Source: an uncultured Planctomycetia bacterium (GTDB taxonomy: Bacteria > Omnitrophota > Gorgyraeia > Duberdicusellales > 4484-171). From it: DNA of 64,000 bases. The DNA is taken from positions 135,020-199,019 of the forward strand of contig CAZWON010000001.1 of the NCBI GenBank assembly GCA_964635565.1, written 5' to 3'. Every line of letters begins with the position of its first letter. The stretch's first letter is position 1. This document shows positions 22,613 through 31,993 of this stretch, one piece after another. A model generated the notes under the pieces. That model was not told the DNA's origin. It did no database searches and was given only the letters and a program-made list of their open reading frames with translations. Position numbers and translations under genes: made by a program.

Positions 22613-23662
22613 ATGATTGATATGAATTCACTTTTCAAGATGACAATGGATGAAGGGGCCAGTGATTTACATATTACGGTTAATAGTCCTCCCATATTAA
22701 GAATTGATGGTAAGTTACATTTTACAGATTTAAAGCCTTTATCGAGCGAAGATACAAAATTTCTAATTTACAGCATTCTTAATGATGAACAGAAGGCAAC
22801 TTTAGAACGTGACAAAGAGTTGGATTTTTCTTTTTCTGCTCCTGGTTTAGATAGATTTAGAATAAATGTTCATTATCAGAAGGGTAATGTAGAAGCGGCT
22901 TTTAGAAGAATTCCCTATAATATCCCTACACTTGAAGAGTTAGGGGTTCCTTTAGTAGCTTATGATTTGATAAGGAAGCCCAATGGTTTGGTTTTGGTCA
23001 CAGGTCCTACAGGTATGGGTAAAAGCACTACTTTAGCATCAATGATAGATGTTGCGAATAGTGAAAGAGAAGAGATTGTTGTGTGTATTGAAGATCCTAT
23101 TGAATATGTGCATAGTAATAAAAAAAGTATTATAAAGCAAAGAGAAGTTTATGCTGATACACATTCTTTTCCTGAAGCTTTAAGGAGGGCTTTACGCCAA
23201 GACCCCGATGTTATTGTTGTGGGAGAGATGCGTGATTTAGAGACAATTGCCACTACTTTGACAGCTGCAGAGACAGGGCATCTGGTTTTAGCAACTTTAC
23301 ATACTCCTGATGCGCCTCAGACAGTTCAGAGGATTATTGATGTTTTTCCTCCTCATCAGCAGAAACAGGTGAGGGTTCAACTTGCTGATTGTATTCAGGG
23401 AGTGATTTCTCAACTCCTTTTGCCTCGTGCTACAGGAAAAGGTAGGGTATTAGCTACAGAGGTGATGATTGCTACCCCGGGAATTCGCAACCTCATAAGA
23501 GAAGGAGAAATAGCTCAGATTCCTTCCTTAATTCAAATGGGAGCTCAATATGGGATGCATACAATGGATAAATGTCTAAAAGAGCTTTATCGAGAAGGTA
23601 TAATTACTCGTGAAGTGGCAGTAAGTAAAGTTAAAAATATTGTTGAATTTGATAATCTATAA
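22613..23662 (+). CDS. pilT: Type IV pilus retraction ATPase PilT
   Basis: ASDLH, Walker [37 protein letters not shown]. Confidence 0.93.
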   Translation: MIDMNSLFKMTMDEGASDLHITVNSPPILRIDGKLHFTDLKPLSSEDTKFLIYSILNDEQKATLERDKELDFSFSAPGLDRFRINVHYQKGNVEAAFRRIPYNIPTLEELGVPLVAYDLIRKPNGLVLVTGPTGMGKSTTLASMIDVANSEREEIVVCIEDPIEYVHSNKKSIIKQREVYADTHSFPEALRRALRQDPDVIVVGEMRDLETIATTLTAAETGHLVLATLHTPDAPQTVQRIIDVFPPHQQKQVRVQLADCIQGVISQLLLPRATGKGRVLATEVMIATPGIRNLIREGEIAQIPSLIQMGAQYGMHTMDKCLKELYREGIITREVAVSKVKNIVEFDNL

Positions 23663-23666
23663 CTTT

Positions 23667-24170
23667 ATGATACTTAAAGGAAGAGTATTCAAATTTGGAG
23701 ATAGCATTAATACTGATTGGATAATCTCGGGAAGATATAAATTCGCTATTACTGATATGAAAGAACTTTGCCGGTATCTTTTCGAAGATATCCGGCCAAA
23801 TTTTTATAAGGAGATATCTATAGGTAGCTCTATAATAGTAGCGGGGATAAATTTTGGAATGGGTTCTTCTCGAGAGCAAGCACCGTGGGTATTAAAAGAG
23901 GCAGGTATTATCTGTGTTATTGCTAAGAGTTTCGCTCGGATATTTTACCGCAATGCTTTTAATATTGGTTTACCTCTTATTGAAGCAGATACTTCTCGTT
24001 TTAGAGAAAAAGATAACCTGGTTGTTGAAGTAGATAAAGGGATAATAAAAAGAGTAGGTGATGGGTTGGTGGTGAAATTTTCTCCCTTTGATTCTTTTCA
24101 CAAGGAATTGATAAGGTTAGGAGGAATTATTAAATATTTAAAAAAGCATCATAATTTTAAGATAAGATAG
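23667..24170 (+). CDS. LeuD/homoaconitase-family small (swivel) subunit
   Basis: [34 protein letters not shown]. Confidence 0.9.
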   Translation: MILKGRVFKFGDSINTDWIISGRYKFAITDMKELCRYLFEDIRPNFYKEISIGSSIIVAGINFGMGSSREQAPWVLKEAGIICVIAKSFARIFYRNAFNIGLPLIEADTSRFREKDNLVVEVDKGIIKRVGDGLVVKFSPFDSFHKELIRLGGIIKYLKKHHNFKIR

Positions 24171-25259
24171 ATGTATACTGTTACTGTAATTCCTGGTGAT
24201 GGCATTGGCCCAGAAGTTATTGATGCTACCTTGCAGTGTATTAATGCTTTGGGGTTAAAAATCAAATGGGAGTTTGTGCTTGCAGGAGAACCTGCTTTAA
24301 AAGAAGAAGGAGAACTTTTACCTTTGAAAACTTTAGAATCTATAAAGAAAAACAGAGTAGCTATTAAAGGTCCTATTGTTACACCAGTAGGTAGTGGGTT
24401 CCGCTCTGTTAATGTGGCTTTACGTCAGAGGTTAGATTTATTTGCTTGCGTAAGACCAGCGCATTCTATTAAAGGCATTCCTTTAGCAAAAGATAATATA
24501 GATATAATTGTGATAAGAGAAAATAGTGAGGATTTGTATGCTGGGATAGAGTTTTATAAGGGTAAAAATGATACTTTAGATGTAATTAAGAGTATTGAGA
24601 AAAACTTGGATATAGAGATAAGAAAAGACAGTGCCCTTTCTATAAAACCTATTTCTTATTCTGCCTCTCGGAGAATAATCAGGTTTGCCTTTGAGTTAGC
24701 TAAGAAAGAAAGCCGTAAGAAGGTGACTTGTGTGCACAAAGCGAATATAATGAAAGCAACCGATGGGTTATTTTTAGAGACATTTAAAGAAGTGGCTGAG
24801 GATTATCCTAATATTATTGCGGAAGATATTATTGTAGATAATCTTTCTATGCAGCTTGTTATGCGACCTCATAAGTTTGATATTTTGGTACTGCCTAATC
24901 TCTATGGAGACATTGTTTCTGATTTATGTGCAGGATTAATAGGAGGATTAGGTGTTGCTCCTGGTGCTAATATTGGAGATAACTATGCAGTTTTTGAGCC
25001 AGTTCATGGGGCTGCTCCAAAATATAAAGGGAAAAATAAAGTTAATCCCACAGCAACAGTTCTTTCTGGTGTTATGATGCTTAAGTATTTGGGAGAGATT
25101 AAATTAGCTTCTTTGTTGGAAGAGGCGGTCAGGGAGGTAATAAAAGAAGGAAAGTTTGTTACCTATGATTTAAAACTTGACCGTAATGACCTCTCTTCTA
25201 TAGGAACAAAAGAGATGGCTGAGGCAATTATAGAGAAGATAAAGAAACTGAAGGGGTAA
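24171..25259 (+). CDS. icd: Isocitrate dehydrogenase, probably NADP-dependent (IDH/IPMDH family)
   Basis: GDGIGPE, RSVNVALRQ (isocitrate-type Ser/Asn), HKANIMK, NLYGDIVSD, HGAAPKY and VTYDL (NADP-type). Confidence 0.8.
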   Translation: MYTVTVIPGDGIGPEVIDATLQCINALGLKIKWEFVLAGEPALKEEGELLPLKTLESIKKNRVAIKGPIVTPVGSGFRSVNVALRQRLDLFACVRPAHSIKGIPLAKDNIDIIVIRENSEDLYAGIEFYKGKNDTLDVIKSIEKNLDIEIRKDSALSIKPISYSASRRIIRFAFELAKKESRKKVTCVHKANIMKATDGLFLETFKEVAEDYPNIIAEDIIVDNLSMQLVMRPHKFDILVLPNLYGDIVSDLCAGLIGGLGVAPGANIGDNYAVFEPVHGAAPKYKGKNKVNPTATVLSGVMMLKYLGEIKLASLLEEAVREVIKEGKFVTYDLKLDRNDLSSIGTKEMAEAIIEKIKKLKG

Positions 25260-25263
25260 ATTA

Positions 25264-26181
25264 GTGGTTAAGAAGATTTCTGTAGTTGGAAGTGGTGCAG
25301 TAGGAAGTAGTGTAGCCTTTCATATTTTAGCTGGTTTAGATATAAAAGAGTTAGTATTAGTTGATATTGTGGGTTCGTTGGCTAAGGGTGTGGCATTAGA
25401 TTTGGAAGATACACGAGTTTTTCTTAAATTCAATACCAATATTTTAGGAACTTCTAATATAAGTCATATAAGAGACTCCGATATTGTTGTGATTACTTCA
25501 GGAATTCCTCGTAGAGGGGGAATGACACGGTATGATTTGTTTAGGACAAATAGTAAAATTGTTATTGACATAGCAAAGAAAATAAAGCGGTTTGCTCCTA
25601 CTTCTGTAATAATTGTAGTAACAAATCCTTTAGATGCGATGACTTATGTTGTTAATAAATATAGTGGTTTTAATCGTTTTCGCATAATGGGTATGGGCTC
25701 ATCTTTGGATTCAGCACGTTTTCTTAATTTAGTTCATAAAGAGATAAAAGTATCTTCTTCTAATATAGAGACTTTTGTTTGTGGTCTTCACAGTAAAGAT
25801 ATGATACCTATTGTTTCTCTTTCACGTATTAAAGGTGTTCCTTTAGGCTTTTTTTTATCTTCTCAAAAAATAGAGAAAATAGTTCAGAGAGTAAAAGAAC
25901 GTGGCAAGGAAATTGTAAGTTTTCTTAAAAATAGAAGTGCTTTTTTTGCTCCTTCATTAAGTTGCTACAATTTGATAGAAGCAATTGTTAAGAATAAAAA
26001 TGAAATTATTTGTGTATCAGTATTGCTTAAGGGGGAATATGGTTTAAGTAATGTGTGTTTAGGGGTTCCCTGTGTTATCAACAGAAAAGGAATAGAGAGG
26101 GTTATTGAGTTTGAGCTTTCTTTTGAGGAGGAAAAAAGTCTAAAGAAACTAAAAGAAATATTTTGGGAATGTATGAAGTAG
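25264..26181 (+). CDS. mdh: Malate dehydrogenase, LDH-like family
   Basis: GSGAVG, PRRGGMTR substrate loop with Arg, TNPLD, LDSARF. Confidence 0.88.
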   Translation: MVKKISVVGSGAVGSSVAFHILAGLDIKELVLVDIVGSLAKGVALDLEDTRVFLKFNTNILGTSNISHIRDSDIVVITSGIPRRGGMTRYDLFRTNSKIVIDIAKKIKRFAPTSVIIVVTNPLDAMTYVVNKYSGFNRFRIMGMGSSLDSARFLNLVHKEIKVSSSNIETFVCGLHSKDMIPIVSLSRIKGVPLGFFLSSQKIEKIVQRVKERGKEIVSFLKNRSAFFAPSLSCYNLIEAIVKNKNEIICVSVLLKGEYGLSNVCLGVPCVINRKGIERVIEFELSFEEEKSLKKLKEIFWECMK

Positions 26182-27407
26182 CAATTATTGGTGCAGGACC
26201 AGCAGGTATTGAGGCAGCAAAAAGCACTTTTTTTTATAAATTAAAAAGCATTCTTATTGAAAAAAGTTATGGACATTTTGGAGGGGTCTGTCTTAATGAA
26301 GGATGTATTCCTGCCAAATATTATCTTAACGCTTCTTCTTATAATTTAGAGTTAGAAGTCCTATATCAAAAGAAAAATCATATAATAGATTCTATAAAGG
26401 AGGATGCCTTAAGCTATTTACAAAAAAAAGGGATTGAGATTATATGGGGAAAAGCACAGTTATATAATGAGCATAAGATAAAGATAGAGGAGAAAATAAT
26501 AGAGGCAAAGAATATTATTGTTGCTGTTGGTTCAAATCCTTTTGAGCTAATTAAGGTAGATAGAAAAAGAGTGTTTTTTGCTGAAGATATTTTTGCCTTA
26601 ACCAATATTCCTCAAAAGATTCTTATTGTAGGAGCAGGGGCGGTAGGGCTTGAGATTGCCTGTCTTTTGCATAATCTAAAAAGAGATGTTCTTGTTATTG
26701 AAAAAGAGGAGAGGATTCTCCCTACGTTTGACAGATTTTTAAGCAATCGTTTAAGAATTATTTTAGAAAGAAAGGGAATTAAGATACGGCTTAAGGAGAA
26801 TATTACCAATTATAATATAGATGATTTTGATATGGTTCTTTTAGCTACAGGAAGAGTGCCTAATATTAATGATTTGGGTGCAGATAAAATAGGAATATCC
26901 ATGAATGGAGAGTGGATTAATGTAGATATGTATCTGAAGACAAAAATTAGTAATATTTATGCTGCGGGGGATATAACAGGTAATAAATTATTAGCCTGTG
27001 TAGCTGAAGCAGAGGGAAAAGTTGCAGTAGATAATATAGTTGGTAATCAGAGAAAATTGGATCTTGTAGGTTTACCTGAATGTGTATTTACTTACCCCCA
27101 GTTATCTTCCGTGGGTATTTTAGAGGAAGAAGCAGAGAAAAGAAACATAAAGTACAATATAATAAAATCAAATTTCCTTAAATTTTCCTCTTCTTATGTA
27201 TATTCGGATACTGACGGATTCATAGAGATTTTGTTTGATGAGAATGAAAATATTTTAGGAGCAGGTATTATCTCTCTTAAGGCAAGTGAGCTTATAAGTA
27301 TTCTTTCTTTAGCTATAAGAAGTTCTCTTAAAATCGGTCAATTAAAAAAAGCTACTTTTATTCATCCTACCCTTTCAGAAATAATCAGCAAGTCTCTAAG
27401 AATGTAA
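26169..27407 (+). CDS. lpd: Dihydrolipoamide dehydrogenase-like FAD disulfide oxidoreductase
   Basis: GAGPAG, GGVCLNEGC, GAGAVG, YAAGD, HPTLSE. Confidence 0.8.
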   Translation: MYEVAIIGAGPAGIEAAKSTFFYKLKSILIEKSYGHFGGVCLNEGCIPAKYYLNASSYNLELEVLYQKKNHIIDSIKEDALSYLQKKGIEIIWGKAQLYNEHKIKIEEKIIEAKNIIVAVGSNPFELIKVDRKRVFFAEDIFALTNIPQKILIVGAGAVGLEIACLLHNLKRDVLVIEKEERILPTFDRFLSNRLRIILERKGIKIRLKENITNYNIDDFDMVLLATGRVPNINDLGADKIGISMNGEWINVDMYLKTKISNIYAAGDITGNKLLACVAEAEGKVAVDNIVGNQRKLDLVGLPECVFTYPQLSSVGILEEEAEKRNIKYNIIKSNFLKFSSSYVYSDTDGFIEILFDENENILGAGIISLKASELISILSLAIRSSLKIGQLKKATFIHPTLSEIISKSLRM

Positions 27408-27487
27408 AATGTAATCTTATGAGTTCAAATAGGGAAAATGTTCATAATTTCCTTGCTAATATCTTTACGTAGTGGTATTCTTGTAGT

Positions 27488-27581
27488 TGGCATGGAATAT
27501 CCTTTGAGTTATGGGAATAGTATTTATTCTTTTTAAGGTAAATTTAATTATAATATATTTCTTGTAGGATGCTCCATGCCA
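27488..27581. repeat. 16-bp imperfect inverted repeat enclosing a 62-nt AT-rich core
   Basis: TGGCATGGAATATCCT (27488-27503) pairs with AGGATGCTCCATGCCA (27566-27581): 14 WC pairs, 1 GU, 1 mismatch. Confidence 0.8.
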
Positions 27582-27600
27582 TTTAAAATTTTTAGATATT

Positions 27601-27651
27601 CTGAATACCAATTAAATTTATAAAGTAGATTCTAAATTTGGCTGTATTCAG
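27601..27651. repeat. Nested inverted repeat/hairpin upstream of rodA
   Basis: CTGAATAC...GTATTCAG (8 bp perfect) with inner AAATTTA/TAAATTT. Confidence 0.7.
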
Positions 27652-27678
27652 CTTATAAAAAGCAATCCTAACACAATT

Positions 27679-28755
27679 ATGTTAAGATTAGATAATTATA
27701 AAACATTAATTATCTGTATAATTATATTAAATATAATTAGTTTAACCTCTTTATATAGTAGCCTTCATCAAGGGGGAGAATTTAAGCATAGAAATATTTT
27801 TTATAGACAAATATTATGGATAGCAATTTTTTGGGTAACTCTTTATATATTTTCTTTTATAAATTATAGATTTTACTTTGACGCAAGTTTTCTTATTTAT
27901 GGATTGAGCATTATTTTTTTAATAGCGGTTAAATTATTCGGTAAAGAGATTATGGGTGCTCAACGGTGGTTTTCTTTTTTTGGCATTAGTTTTCAGCCTT
28001 CAGAGTTTTCCAAATTAGCAATTGTTTTACTTCTTTCCCGTTTATTTTGCGAGAAAAACTTTTCAAGGGGATTTTTCAGTAGCATGATGCCTTCTTTATT
28101 TTTTGTTTCTTTAAGTTCTTTTTTAGTATTTAAACAGCCTGATTTAGGCACAGCAGGTATGCTATTTTTCATTTTTTTCATTATGGGGCTATTTTCTAAG
28201 ATAAAAAAAAGATATTTTATTGCTATAATCATAGTAGGCATTATTTTTATACCCTTGGGGTGGAATTTTCTTAAGGATTATCAGAAAAAAAGAATAACAG
28301 TATTTATCAATCCTAATGTTGATCCTTTGGGAGCAGGATATACAATTATTCAGTCAAAAATTGCTGTTGGTTCGGGGAGACTTGTAGGCAAAGGGTTTCT
28401 TTCAGGAACACAAAATCAGTTTAATTTTCTTCCTGAAAGACACACTGATTTTATCTTTACCGTTGTGGCTGAAGAGTTTGGGTTTTTAGGTTGTTTTTTT
28501 CTTTTGTCTATGTATTTTCTTATTCTAAGAGTAATCTATAAAAAGATTGAACACATAAAAGATGATTTTGCTCAGTTTCTCTGTGTAGGGATATATTCTA
28601 TAATCTTTTTACATGTTTTTATCAACATAGCAATGACAATAGGATTTGTTCCTGTAGTAGGCCTTCCTCTTTTGTTGCTTAGTTATGGGGGGACACACCT
28701 TATAATTACCGCTATCCTTTTAGGTATCTTTTTGAATATAAATCGCCAATGGTAG
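27679..28755 (+). CDS. rodA: SEDS peptidoglycan glycosyltransferase RodA
   Basis: GAQRW, QPSEF, QPDLGT, GYTIIQS, LPERHTDFIF, SYGG. Confidence 0.93.
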   Translation: MLRLDNYKTLIICIIILNIISLTSLYSSLHQGGEFKHRNIFYRQILWIAIFWVTLYIFSFINYRFYFDASFLIYGLSIIFLIAVKLFGKEIMGAQRWFSFFGISFQPSEFSKLAIVLLLSRLFCEKNFSRGFFSSMMPSLFFVSLSSFLVFKQPDLGTAGMLFFIFFIMGLFSKIKKRYFIAIIIVGIIFIPLGWNFLKDYQKKRITVFINPNVDPLGAGYTIIQSKIAVGSGRLVGKGFLSGTQNQFNFLPERHTDFIFTVVAEEFGFLGCFFLLSMYFLILRVIYKKIEHIKDDFAQFLCVGIYSIIFLHVFINIAMTIGFVPVVGLPLLLLSYGGTHLIITAILLGIFLNINRQW

Positions 28756-30386
28756 ATTGGATAAATTTTAAAAAGCCCCAGCGCTATCTTGATGGGGAAT
28801 GGAATGTTGTTAAAAAAAATCCTAAAGGGAAAATTAAAGTATGCCTTTGTTATCCTAGTTTTTATGAAGTAGGAATGAGCAATTTAGGAATAAGGATAGT
28901 ATATGCTTTGCTGAATAGTTTCAGTGATATTGTATGCGAAAGAGTATTTATGCCCGATACAGATTATTTCTCCTATTTGAAAAGCAAGAAGAAAAAGTTA
29001 TGTTCTTTAGAGAGCTCTTTGCCTTTGAAAGATTTTGATGTTATTGGGTTTAATCTAAGCTATGAGCTTAATTATATTAATGTTTTGGCGATACTTGATT
29101 TGGGAGGAGTTTGTGTATATGCCTCAGAAAGAAAAGATATTATTGTAGTAGGAGGGGGTATAGCAAATCCAGAAAGTATGGCAGATTTTATTGACGTATT
29201 TATTCTGGGAGAGTTTGAGGAGATAGCAGAGGATTTTGTAGAAATAATGCGGCGGTATAAAAGAAAAGAAGAAAGATTAAAAGCATTTTCAGAGAGAGAA
29301 GGTTTTTATGTCCCTTCTTTTTATAATGTTTATACTAAGGGAGTAAATTATGTAGTGGAGAAGAATTATCGGTATGCCAGGTATCCTCTTTCGAGAGTAT
29401 ATGTGAGTAACTTAAATAATATATTTTTTCCTATAAAATGGCTTACTCCTCATACAAGAATTGTTCATGACCGTGTTCAAGTTGAGATTGCCCGCGGTTG
29501 TCCTAACCAGTGTTTTTTCTGTCAGGCAAGATGTCTTTATTTCCCCTATAGAGAAAGAAAGCCACAGATAGTTTATGACTTAATCAGAAAAATTTATGAA
29601 AATAGCGGTTATGAAAATTTCTCTCTTTTAGCTCTTTCAGCTTCTGATTATTCTTCTATAGAGGAGCTTATTACAGAATTAACCCCTTATCTTAACAAGC
29701 ATAGAATAGGGATTTCTTTACCTTCCTTACGAGTAGAAGATATAGTTGTAGGAAAATTATGCACTTTGCTTAACAAAATAAAGAAAGTATCTGTGACATT
29801 TGCTATAGAAGCTGCTACAGAGTCTTTAAGAAGGAGAATAAACAAAAAAGTAGATATCAATAAGATTATAGAGGCGGCGAATATTTTACGAAAATTACAT
29901 TACAGACATATTAAGCTATATTTTATGTTTGGCTTGCCTTATGAGGATTATGAGGATCTTAAAGCAATAGGTGTGTTTGTTAAAAATCTTAGAAACGATT
30001 GTCATATGAATATTCATCTTAGTATTAATATTTTTGTACCCAAGCCTTTTTCTTATTTTGAGAATATAGAGATGGAAAAAGAAAGCGAACTTTTAAAGAA
30101 GAAAAAGTTTATTCTTGCCGATATTCTTCGTATTCCTGGGGTTAAAATTTCTATTTCCAATGTTAAAAAGAGTATTCTTGAAGCTATAATTTCCCGGGGA
30201 GACAGAAGGCTGTCTTCTGTTATATATAGTGTGTTTAAGAAGAAAATAATTTGTGGTTTTTATGAAGAAAGGACAGATTTTAAATTATGGGAGAGTTCTT
30301 TTAAAGAAAATAATATTGATTATTATGATTATTTTATTAAAAGAGATGTTTATAGCTGGTCTCATACTGGAAGTTTAAAAAAATAA
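28749..30386 (+). CDS. Radical SAM protein, TIGR03960-like
   Basis: YEVGMSNLG, CERVF, RGCPNQCFFC, SLPSLR; paired with the downstream DUF2344 gene. Confidence 0.8.
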   Translation: MVDWINFKKPQRYLDGEWNVVKKNPKGKIKVCLCYPSFYEVGMSNLGIRIVYALLNSFSDIVCERVFMPDTDYFSYLKSKKKKLCSLESSLPLKDFDVIGFNLSYELNYINVLAILDLGGVCVYASERKDIIVVGGGIANPESMADFIDVFILGEFEEIAEDFVEIMRRYKRKEERLKAFSEREGFYVPSFYNVYTKGVNYVVEKNYRYARYPLSRVYVSNLNNIFFPIKWLTPHTRIVHDRVQVEIARGCPNQCFFCQARCLYFPYRERKPQIVYDLIRKIYENSGYENFSLLALSASDYSSIEELITELTPYLNKHRIGISLPSLRVEDIVVGKLCTLLNKIKKVSVTFAIEAATESLRRRINKKVDINKIIEAANILRKLHYRHIKLYFMFGLPYEDYEDLKAIGVFVKNLRNDCHMNIHLSINIFVPKPFSYFENIEMEKESELLKKKKFILADILRIPGVKISISNVKKSILEAIISRGDRRLSSVIYSVFKKKIICGFYEERTDFKLWESSFKENNIDYYDYFIKRDVYSWSHTGSLKK

Positions 30387-30388
30387 GT

Positions 30389-30700
30389 ATGAATAACAAA
30401 AAGTATAAAATAAGAGTAATTTTAAATAAAAAAGGGAACATGCGCTATTTTTCTCAGTTAGACCTTCTCAAGATTATTGAACGGGCAATGCGTAGAGCCC
30501 AGCTTCCCTTATATTTTACCCAGGGGTTTAATCCCCATCCCAAGATGAGCTTTGGTAGGGCCTTAAAGGTGGGTAGAGAAGGCAAAATAGAAGTGAGTTT
30601 GTATTTTAAAAAGGATATTTTACCCCCTTTGTTGAAAAAAACGCTTTCTGAACAATTTCCTTTAGGGTTAGAAATTGTTAAGGTTGAAAAGATAATATAA
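30389..30700 (+). CDS. Radical SAM-linked DUF2344/TIGR03936-like protein, short form
   Basis: YFSQLD, ERAMRRA, FTQGFNPHPKMSF. Confidence 0.8.
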   Translation: MNNKKYKIRVILNKKGNMRYFSQLDLLKIIERAMRRAQLPLYFTQGFNPHPKMSFGRALKVGREGKIEVSLYFKKDILPPLLKKTLSEQFPLGLEIVKVEKII

Positions 30701-30800
30701 CTTCTTTCGCAAAAAGGACATTTTCAGTAAAACACATTTTTATAGCTTGCCTGAGATAATTAAGTACTATGCGAGTTTTTTTATTCGTAGTTATGCTTTT

Positions 30801-31160
30801 TTATCGAATAATGAAGCGAGAATGTATTTTTTTTGCTTTAAAGAAGGTATGAGTAAAGTTTTTTGCTTTTATATGGTTGTATTTCTGGCAGGAAAAAATA
30901 TTTATATAGGCGGTCTTCCATTTTTCAGAGAAGTGTCCTGTTATAGAGCTTGTTTCTATTAACTGAACGAGAGAGTAACCTTTAGTGTATTCTTTACTCT
31001 CTCCAAAATAAGAGATAATGGTTTTTCCATATTTTTTCATTTTTATAAGTTTGCACAGTTCGTCTACATATTCCTGAAGTTTACTCTTTGACGCAATAAT
31101 ATCCTTACTGCATTCGTATAAGTCCATAATAAGTTCATATCCGTATATTTTCTTTCTCAT
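30801..31160 (-). CDS. Divergent SpeD-family pyruvoyl decarboxylase proenzyme, possibly Orn/Arg decarboxylase
   Basis: GYELIMDL, GYSLVQLIETSSITGHF, YINIFSC fit the AdoMetDC fold but differ from the ESH...HxWPE consensus. Confidence 0.78.
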   Translation of the reverse strand: MRKKIYGYELIMDLYECSKDIIASKSKLQEYVDELCKLIKMKKYGKTIISYFGESKEYTKGYSLVQLIETSSITGHFSEKWKTAYINIFSCQKYNHIKAKNFTHTFFKAKKIHSRFIIR

Positions 31161-31993
31161 GCTAAAAGCTCCTTTATATAAGTTGGTAATAATATACTCC
31201 CTTTATGGATGTAGGAGTTGTAATAATTAGTTTTTAATCCCAATCTTTTTATTTTTTTTTCTATGTTTTTTATATTGGGTTGCTGGGGGTTAATACTTTT
31301 AGAAGCAATAAGGAAACTAAAAAATCCCCCAATATAAGTAGGAATAGCTGCTAATTGAACTGTTACATAAGGAAATATTTTGTTTAGTATTTTGTAGTTT
31401 ATTTTTAATTCCTCTTTCTGTAGCATAGTAGAACCACTTTGTCTTATCATAATTCCCTTGTTTTTTAGGATAGAATATACATTTGTATAAAATTTTTTTG
31501 AAAACAATACTTTTGCTGGTCCTATAGGATCAGGAGAATCAATTATAGCAATATCAAATTTTTCCTGTATTTTTTTAATAAAATTAGCCCCATCATCAAC
31601 AACGATTTTAACGCGTTTATCAGATAATGAACGGGAACATATTTTCTTAAGATACTTTTTTGTTATTTCAATTACTTCTTTATCTATCTCTACAAGGCAA
31701 ACCTTCTCAATATTATGTTTTAGAATTTCTCTAATTGCTCCTCCGTCTCCTCCTCCTATAACAAGCACTTTTTTTGGATTAGGATGGAGAAAGAGTACAG
31801 GGTGGGTGAGCATTTCGTGATAGATAAATTCATCTTTTTCTGTAGTTTGGATAGCTCCATCAAGAGCAAGCACTTTTCCAAAGCGAGAAGTAGCATATAT
31901 TTTCATATTTTGGTAAGGTGTCCTTTTTTGATAGATGCATTCGCCTTTTATACCTATTTTTACGTCAGGATAGAGGTTTTCATAGAACCACAT
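31157..31993 (-). CDS. speE: Polyamine aminopropyltransferase (spermidine synthase)
   Basis: LDGAIQTTEKDEFIYHEM, GGGDG, VEID, DSPDP. Confidence 0.95.
   Translation of the reverse strand: MWFYENLYPDVKIGIKGECIYQKRTPYQNMKIYATSRFGKVLALDGAIQTTEKDEFIYHEMLTHPVLFLHPNPKKVLVIGGGDGGAIREILKHNIEKVCLVEIDKEVIEITKKYLKKICSRSLSDKRVKIVVDDGANFIKKIQEKFDIAIIDSPDPIGPAKVLFSKKFYTNVYSILKNKGIMIRQSGSTMLQKEELKINYKILNKIFPYVTVQLAAIPTYIGGFFSFLIASKSINPQQPNIKNIEKKIKRLGLKTNYYNSYIHKGSILLPTYIKELLA

Noticed and set aside
21333-25259. Labelling the cluster leuC/leuD/leuB
   Set aside because: The dehydrogenase has IDH-type motifs and the context is TCA, so leu symbols were withheld.
27488-27502. TGGCA-starting sequence as a sigma54 promoter
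   Set aside because: The -12 position reads ATCC, not TTGC; better explained as an inverted-repeat arm.
30765-30792. Imperfect stem between convergent DUF2344 and spe genes as a terminator
   Set aside because: Short bulged stem with the T-run in the loop; too weak to call.
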